A stretch of 64,000 nt of DNA from Candidatus Methanoperedenaceae archaeon (GTDB taxonomy: Archaea > Halobacteriota > Methanosarcinia > Methanosarcinales > Methanoperedenaceae). A model generated the notes under the pieces. That model saw only the letters and a list, made by a program, of their open reading frames with translations. It ran no database searches and was not told the DNA's origin. How positions within the stretch are numbered: position 1 is the stretch's first letter; every line of letters begins with the position of its first letter. A program made the translations under genes and the position numbers. Of the stretch, positions 58,329 through 64,000 are shown in pieces. Where the stretch lies: contig CAVWCX010000018.1 in assembly GCA_963753595.1 (NCBI GenBank), positions 62,262-126,261 on the forward strand, read 5' to 3'.

Positions 58329-60671
58329 ATGCGAATAGGTGTTTACATCTGTCACTGCGGGTCAAATATAGCAGGGACTATAGATGTTGAAGAGGTCAGG
58401 AAACATGCCTCGACGCTAAAAGACGTAGTTGTAGCCCGTGATATACAATTCGCATGCGGGGATTCCGGCCAGGAGCAGGTAAAAAAAGACATACTTGAAC
58501 AAAAGCTTGACCGTATAGTTATTGCCGCATGCTCCCCACGCCTCCATGAGGTTACATTCAGGCGCGTGCTGGAACAATCCGGCCTCAATAAGCATCTGCT
58601 TGAAATGGTAAATATCAGGGAGCAGGGCTCATGGGTTCACTCAAACAACAATGCACTGGCAACGCAGAAGGCAAAAGAAGTGGTGGCAATGGGGGTAGCA
58701 AAAGTTGCACTTCTTTCCCCCCTTGAAAAAAGAACAGTACCTGCAAATAAGGAAGTACTTGTGATAGGCGCAGGAGTAGCAGGGATCGAGGCTGCATTGA
58801 CCCTTGCAAATATGGGGGTCAAAGTCCACCTCGTTGAGAGAGAACCAACGATCGGAGGGAAAATGGCCCTTATGAATGAGGTTTTTCCCAATAATGACTG
58901 TTCCCTGTGCGTTCTTGCCCCCAAGATGTCGGATGTCCAGAACCACACAAATATTACGCTTTATACAAATTCTGAAATAACAGGAGTTAGAGGAAGGGCA
59001 GGAAATTACAGAATAACAGGTGAGACAAAACCGCGATATGTTGACGCCAAAAAATGCAAAGGCTGCATAGATATCTGCGCAAAGGTCTGCCCGATCGATG
59101 TTCCCAACCAGTTCGATTACGGAATAGGAGCACGAAAATCCATATACATTCCCTTTGCCCAGGCTGTTCCTCTGGTAGCATGCATTGATGAGAACTGTGT
59201 GGGCTGCGACCTGTGCAGGCTTGCATGTCCTGCTGAGGCTGTGGATTTTAACCAGAAAGTCAAAGAATTCAAGTTCGAAGTTGGAGCCATTATAGTTGCT
59301 ACGGGATACCAGCCGTTTGATGCAGGAAGAAAGGAAGAATACGGATATGGGCGATATAAAAATGTTGTAACCAACCTTGAAATTGAACGAATGCTAAGCG
59401 CCGCAGGCCCCACACATGGAAGAGTTGTGTCGCCATCAACAGGCGCAGATATAAAAAGTGCCTCTTTTATCCTTTGTGTGGGCTCGCGTGATGAACAGGT
59501 GGGAAATCCTTACTGCTCCAAGGTATGCTGTATGGCTTCGATAAAAAATGCCATGAAACTTGCTGAAAAATATCCCGATGCAAGGATATCGATACATTAC
59601 ATCGACATACGCGCGGGCGGAGAGATGTATGAGGAATATTACAAACGGGCGCAGGAACTGGGCGTTTCGTTCATTCGCGGACGGGTCGCAGAAGTTGAAG
59701 AATCTGATGGAAAAACAATAATTCATTATGAAGATACTCTTTCCGGTGAGAAATGCAGCGACACCACAGACCTTGTTGTGCTTGCCATAGGTATGGAAGC
59801 TGATAAGGATTCCAGGCAAATAGGGAAGATGCTGAACTTATCTACGCGTCCTGACCGGTTCTTCCAGAGCGCCCATCCAAAAATGCGCCCTGTGGAAACG
59901 CACACGAAAGGTATTTTCATTGCAGGATGCGCAAGCGGCCCTAAAGAAATCCAGGTATCGATCGAACAGGGCACTGCGGCTGCTGCGAAAGCATCAAGTC
60001 TTCTTCATAAAGGAGAAATTGATATAGAACCAACGAGTGCATATGTAACGCCCGACCTTTGTGAAGGGTGCGGTATTTGTGAAAAAGTATGTGATTTCGG
60101 ACGTATCAAGGTAAAAGACAAAAAAGCAATAGTCGATGAAGTAGCATGCCGGGGATGCGGAGCGTGTACTGCAGCCTGTCCCAATGGCGCTATCCAGGTG
60201 AGGAATTATACTGATGAACAGATCATGGCGCAAATAAGGGCAGCAACAAAAGAGATAAGCGAATTCCCGTTGATAATCGGGTTCCTGTGCCACTGGTGCA
60301 GTTATGCGGCAGCTGACCTTGCTGGGAGTCTGCGCATCCAGTATCCCACCAATATCCGAAATATCCGGGTATTGTGCGCCGGCAGGATAAATCCATCTTT
60401 TGTATTTGAAGCCCTGCGCCAGGGAGCTGACGGCGTGCTTGTGGCCGGATGCAGGCTGGGAGAATGCCATTACACTATTGGGAACATTTGTGCGGTCCAG
60501 AGGATGAATGTTCTTGGAAAGTTACTGGTTGACAGTGGTTTTGACCAGAAGCGTTTTCGCGTGGCATGGATAGCTGCAAGTGAAGGTGAGAAGTTTGCCG
60601 GTATAGTGAAGGACTTCGTAAAGCAGTTAAAAGAAATAGGTCCAATAGGCAGCGAGCTTAAACAGGAATAG
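58329..60671 (+). CDS. hdrA: HdrA-MvhD fusion (HdrA2-like)
   Basis: RIGVYICHCG, IGAGVAG, FPNNDCSLC, CVGSR; C-terminal FLCHWCSY...GCRLGECHY MvhD domain. Confidence 0.95.
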   Translation: MRIGVYICHCGSNIAGTIDVEEVRKHASTLKDVVVARDIQFACGDSGQEQVKKDILEQKLDRIVIAACSPRLHEVTFRRVLEQSGLNKHLLEMVNIREQGSWVHSNNNALATQKAKEVVAMGVAKVALLSPLEKRTVPANKEVLVIGAGVAGIEAALTLANMGVKVHLVEREPTIGGKMALMNEVFPNNDCSLCVLAPKMSDVQNHTNITLYTNSEITGVRGRAGNYRITGETKPRYVDAKKCKGCIDICAKVCPIDVPNQFDYGIGARKSIYIPFAQAVPLVACIDENCVGCDLCRLACPAEAVDFNQKVKEFKFEVGAIIVATGYQPFDAGRKEEYGYGRYKNVVTNLEIERMLSAAGPTHGRVVSPSTGADIKSASFILCVGSRDEQVGNPYCSKVCCMASIKNAMKLAEKYPDARISIHYIDIRAGGEMYEEYYKRAQELGVSFIRGRVAEVEESDGKTIIHYEDTLSGEKCSDTTDLVVLAIGMEADKDSRQIGKMLNLSTRPDRFFQSAHPKMRPVETHTKGIFIAGCASGPKEIQVSIEQGTAAAAKASSLLHKGEIDIEPTSAYVTPDLCEGCGICEKVCDFGRIKVKDKKAIVDEVACRGCGACTAACPNGAIQVRNYTDEQIMAQIRAATKEISEFPLIIGFLCHWCSYAAADLAGSLRIQYPTNIRNIRVLCAGRINPSFVFEALRQGADGVLVAGCRLGECHYTIGNICAVQRMNVLGKLLVDSGFDQKRFRVAWIAASEGEKFAGIVKDFVKQLKEIGPIGSELKQE

Positions 60672-60672
60672 C

Positions 60673-61992
60673 ATGAGCGAAGAAGAACTCAATGTTACAG
60701 TAGAAAGCGATGCCAGGGATTCGCATTTCCTCTTTACCCAGAAAACCGGGAAATCAAAGAAACTCCTTGATTATGATTATAAACGCTGCAATGGCTGTGG
60801 TATATGCATCCAGGTATGCCCCAAAAAAGCAATCGAGCCAGGGCCGCTTATAGAAATAGCCACAGGATTGGACGCGCCGCCTGTTATCATTGACCATACC
60901 AGATGTTCTTTTTGCGGCATGTGCGCCGCATTCTGTCCTGTCAGGTCGATCAGGATGACCGTGAATGATAAAGATATTCTTGAGCTTCCAGAGTTTCCAC
61001 ATCTTGATTCAAAAGTCGTATTCAATGATAAGTGCCTCCCCTGCCTGATATGTGAAAAATCATGCCCTGAAGAAGCTATCCATGTTGATCTCTCATTTGC
61101 GAAAAAAGAGGAACTTGCTCCATTCAAAGAGGGAAAAACAGGAGAGATCACAGTGGACATGGAAAAATGCACCTTATGTGGTGCATGTGCGGTGCTGTGC
61201 CCTGCTTTTATTCTTGTTGAGAAAAAAGCAAACGCAGATGACCTCATGCCTTTTGAAGATCTTGTTGTTGATAAGAAAAAATGCGACTACTGCGGCATAT
61301 GTGTGCCCTTCTGTCCTGAGGAGGCAATAAAAGTAAAGGGAGATTTCAACGACGAAGATATCCAAAAAATCGCTCCAAAGATCACAGGAACTATCAAAGT
61401 AGATAATGACAAATGCACCCGATGCGGCTGGTGTGAGGCTGTATGCCCGTATGACGCGGCGCAGGTTTCGAAGCCATTTGAGGGAGAAATTGAGCTGCTG
61501 GATGAAAAACTCAAAGGCTGCGACCCTGTTGGCTGCCACGGTTGTTTTAATGTCTGCCCCTCGAAGGCATGGATCATTCCGAAGGACAAGAAAATAGATG
61601 TAGTGAAGGATTTTTGCACCTATTGCGGAGCCTGTGAGAAGGCGTGTCATGTTAAAGCGATCGGAGTAAAGCGAAAATTGGCAAAATATACTCCTGTAGC
61701 CGATACGGCATGGGCACAGGACTGGAAAAAAGCGATTGCGAGCCTTACGTCGGAAGAAAGAGGGCGTCCTGATGTATCGCGCTCGATGCATGTGGATAAG
61801 GAAGAAAAGAGGGCTGAACCGGCAATAGTAAAGCCGGTTATTGATCCAGTGTTAAGGAAACGTGTGGATGAAAGGATTAAAAAGATGTCATCTATTCTTG
61901 GAAACATACAGGTGAGGCATGCATGGGAAAGAAAAGACACTGACACGGCCCTGGCTGAAATAAAGAAACGGATGAAAAAAGATGAAAAATGA
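60673..61992 (+). CDS. Polyferredoxin (eight 4Fe-4S motifs; FwdF/MvhB-like)
   Basis: Eight CxxCxxCxxxC-type motifs counted, one with a variant spacing (CDPVGCHGCFNVCP). Confidence 0.9.
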   Translation: MSEEELNVTVESDARDSHFLFTQKTGKSKKLLDYDYKRCNGCGICIQVCPKKAIEPGPLIEIATGLDAPPVIIDHTRCSFCGMCAAFCPVRSIRMTVNDKDILELPEFPHLDSKVVFNDKCLPCLICEKSCPEEAIHVDLSFAKKEELAPFKEGKTGEITVDMEKCTLCGACAVLCPAFILVEKKANADDLMPFEDLVVDKKKCDYCGICVPFCPEEAIKVKGDFNDEDIQKIAPKITGTIKVDNDKCTRCGWCEAVCPYDAAQVSKPFEGEIELLDEKLKGCDPVGCHGCFNVCPSKAWIIPKDKKIDVVKDFCTYCGACEKACHVKAIGVKRKLAKYTPVADTAWAQDWKKAIASLTSEERGRPDVSRSMHVDKEEKRAEPAIVKPVIDPVLRKRVDERIKKMSSILGNIQVRHAWERKDTDTALAEIKKRMKKDEK

Positions 61993-61999
61993 TCGGTTA

Positions 62000-62581
62000 T
62001 TAATTGTTTTTATCGCCTGATTTTCCAAAGACCAGAAAATAGTTATATGGTCCGGCGTACGATTGTTCAAGGATATTGAATCCGGTTTCACGGCATATGC
62101 CAATTACATCTTTTTCATCCAATCGTTCTTCAAGGGGAGGGCCAGCATCCATTTCAATTTTTTTCCAGTCTATGATAATTAGTCGGCCTTTTTTGGTAAG
62201 AACACGTTTTACTTCTTTTAATATGGACAACTTATCCTGAAGCTCATGAAAAACATTGACAATTAAAAGGATATCTACATAATTACCAGGAAGCGGGATG
62301 GAAGATTCTTCTGATAGCAGGATTTCAATGTTGGTGATTTTTTCTTTTTTTGTTTTTTCGAGAACGAGGTCAAGCATTTCCTGCTGGATATCGAGTGCGA
62401 ATACTTTTTTTACACGCTTTGATGCGGGTATGGAAAAATATCCTGTACCGCAGCCAAGGTCTGCGAGAACCATTTCTCCTGTCAGTTCCAGCTTATCAAA
62501 AATAATTTCCGGATTTAAGAATCGCATTCTTTCAGGATCGTCAAGAATACCGGCCTTTTTTATATCAAATTTATGAACCAT
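62000..62581 (-). CDS. Class I SAM-dependent methyltransferase
   Basis: LADLGCGTG, ALDIQ, VFHE, IIDWKK. Confidence 0.88.
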   Translation of the reverse strand: MVHKFDIKKAGILDDPERMRFLNPEIIFDKLELTGEMVLADLGCGTGYFSIPASKRVKKVFALDIQQEMLDLVLEKTKKEKITNIEILLSEESSIPLPGNYVDILLIVNVFHELQDKLSILKEVKRVLTKKGRLIIIDWKKIEMDAGPPLEERLDEKDVIGICRETGFNILEQSYAGPYNYFLVFGKSGDKNN

Positions 62582-62873
62582 ATTTTGATTTAAAATGTGC
62601 GGGTATGTTACTTAATAGTTTCTTAAAAGAATCAACGAAAATCCAAACCAGAAGCTATAAACATGCAGATAAATTCAATGAAGCTATATAACGCTAACAC
62701 TAAAAAATTTTACAATCGAAATAACGATTCATTTATATAACTTATTCTAAATATCATTTAAATAACGAAGATTATTTATAGGGTGAAATTGCAATATAGA
62801 TATTGTGTGATGGAATAATTTAATACAATATGATTAATCGATTGTATATCCAATAGCATAGAGGTAAAATAAT

Positions 62874-63284
62874 ATGAGGATTAGAGTTGTAAGTTCAAAA
62901 GAAGAAATAGATACACTAGGGGCTGGGGAAAAAATCATTCATCTTGCTTTCAGGCCATCAAATAAAGATATTTTTGCATTGGTGCAAACATGCCCGAACG
63001 TTAAAGCAATTCATGTACCAAGTTCGTACATCAAAACTATTTCAGGTTCAACCCGGATGTTCCTGGAAATGCAGGGCATTTCCCTTCTTGAAGGGGATGT
63101 ATGGGGGCACAGGAAAGACATCAATGAATATTCGGAAGTCAAACCGGCAGTATTTGAAAGAATGGAGGAGCTTAAATCCGAAGGATTGTCAGAATCTGCG
63201 GTACTTGACAGGCTTGGAAGAGAAACACGCCTCAGCAAAGACCTTCTAAAATTCCTGTTAAAAGAGAAAGGTAAAAAGAAATAA
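62874..63284 (+). CDS. DUF1699 family protein
   Basis: MRIRVVSSKEEI, HLAFRPSN, GDVWGHRKDINEY. Confidence 0.9.
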   Translation: MRIRVVSSKEEIDTLGAGEKIIHLAFRPSNKDIFALVQTCPNVKAIHVPSSYIKTISGSTRMFLEMQGISLLEGDVWGHRKDINEYSEVKPAVFERMEELKSEGLSESAVLDRLGRETRLSKDLLKFLLKEKGKKK

Positions 63285-63291
63285 AATATCT

Positions 63292-63604
63292 TTAAACCTT
63301 TTTTTCTATTTTTATCATCTTTTTCTGTATTTCATCAAGTAATTGCTCATCACTTTTGCCTTCCGTCGCAATTCCAAGATCTTTTGCCATGGTTTTTATT
63401 TTAGATGATGAATTTTCAGCGGGATTTAATTTCTTTACCGGGTTTTCCGCTATCACTTAATTCACTCTCGATCTCCTGCTTTCCTTTTTTGAATTCACCA
63501 GTAGCTTTGCCCAGTGACCTGGCAAGCTCAGGGATCTTGTTCGCCCCAAAAAGTACGATTATAACCAAAACGATCAATGCTATTTCAATTGGACTTAATG
63601 CCAT
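63292..63604 (-). CDS. tatA: Twin-arginine translocase TatA, with a +1 frameshift at about 63430
   Basis: LFGANKIPELARSLGKA. The shifted frame continues KIKTMAKDLGIATEGKSDEQLLDEIQKKM, matching the paralog's C-terminus, to a stop at 63292. Confidence 0.85.
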
Positions 63605-63606
63605 GA

Positions 63607-63921
63607 TTATCCTGCGATATTTGTTACGGTTTTTGTTTCCTTTGATCTGATCTTCGAGCGTATTTCTTCAACAAGCTGCTCGCTGGTCTTGTTTTGTACA
63701 TCCAGACCCAATTCAATGGCTAAATTGTGGATCTTTGTATCTTTCTCATCCATTGGTTCGCCAACTTTTTTGATCTCTCGTTCAGTTTCTATCTGGGCTT
63801 TCTTGAATTCACCCGTTGCTTTTCCCAGGGATCTGGCTAATTCCGGAATTTTATCCGGCCCAAAAAAAAATATGGCTACTACCAATATCAAAATCATTTC
63901 AGGAAGTCCGATTAGTCCCAT
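63607..63921 (-). CDS. tatA: Twin-arginine translocase TatA
   Basis: GLPEMILI...FGPDKIPELARSLGKATGEFKK. Confidence 0.93.
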   Translation of the reverse strand: MGLIGLPEMILILVVAIFFFGPDKIPELARSLGKATGEFKKAQIETEREIKKVGEPMDEKDTKIHNLAIELGLDVQNKTSEQLVEEIRSKIRSKETKTVTNIAG

Positions 63922-64000
63922 AAATATTAAAGTTATATGTTCAAGGACTTAAATCTTTGCATTAAATAATTTTCATGGGAATTATTAGCGAGATTTTGGA

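Noticed and set aside
61615-61650. Heme-binding motif in the polyferredoxin (CEKACH)
   Set aside because: It is the end of a CxxCxxCxxxC ferredoxin motif, not CxxCH, and the protein has no export signal.

Overview
Archaeal chromosomal window from a Methanosarcinales organism, most consistent with Ca. Methanoperedens (ANME-2d). This assignment is inferred from gene content: a multiheme cytochrome c, three HdrA variants with no hydrogenase catalytic subunits, DUF2124/DUF1699 and a PGF-CTERM protein. Main contents: housekeeping genes (rpo4, rpl21e, pus10, trmY, purH, cupin PGI, lonB, tldD, srp19, lig, tatA x2); a CbiMQO-type Ni/Co ECF transporter; a defence island (about 19.4-30.1 kb) in which a type I R-M system is interleaved with toxin-antitoxin and nucleotidyltransferase cargo; a 12-kb minus-strand hdrD-like/hdrC/hdrB/hdrA/mvhD/hdrA/mvhD/fdhB/orf/fdhA-like/orf operon; a small island carrying vapBC, an EVE-domain gene, a MITE and a putative PD-(D/E)XK nuclease; and a separate hdrA-mvhD fusion with a polyferredoxin. 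Features missing from the ORF track: a dispersed family of triple-repeat hairpin elements sharing architecture but not sequence, a 129-bp MITE with TSD, an IS605/TnpB end remnant, three small ORFs, a CTG start for purH and a probable metalloregulator operator. Several single-base homopolymer frameshifts (hdrB, traB, tatA, DUF1614) look like sequencing or assembly errors. No rRNA, tRNA or CRISPR array was seen. All product calls come from motif recognition by eye, not database searches.
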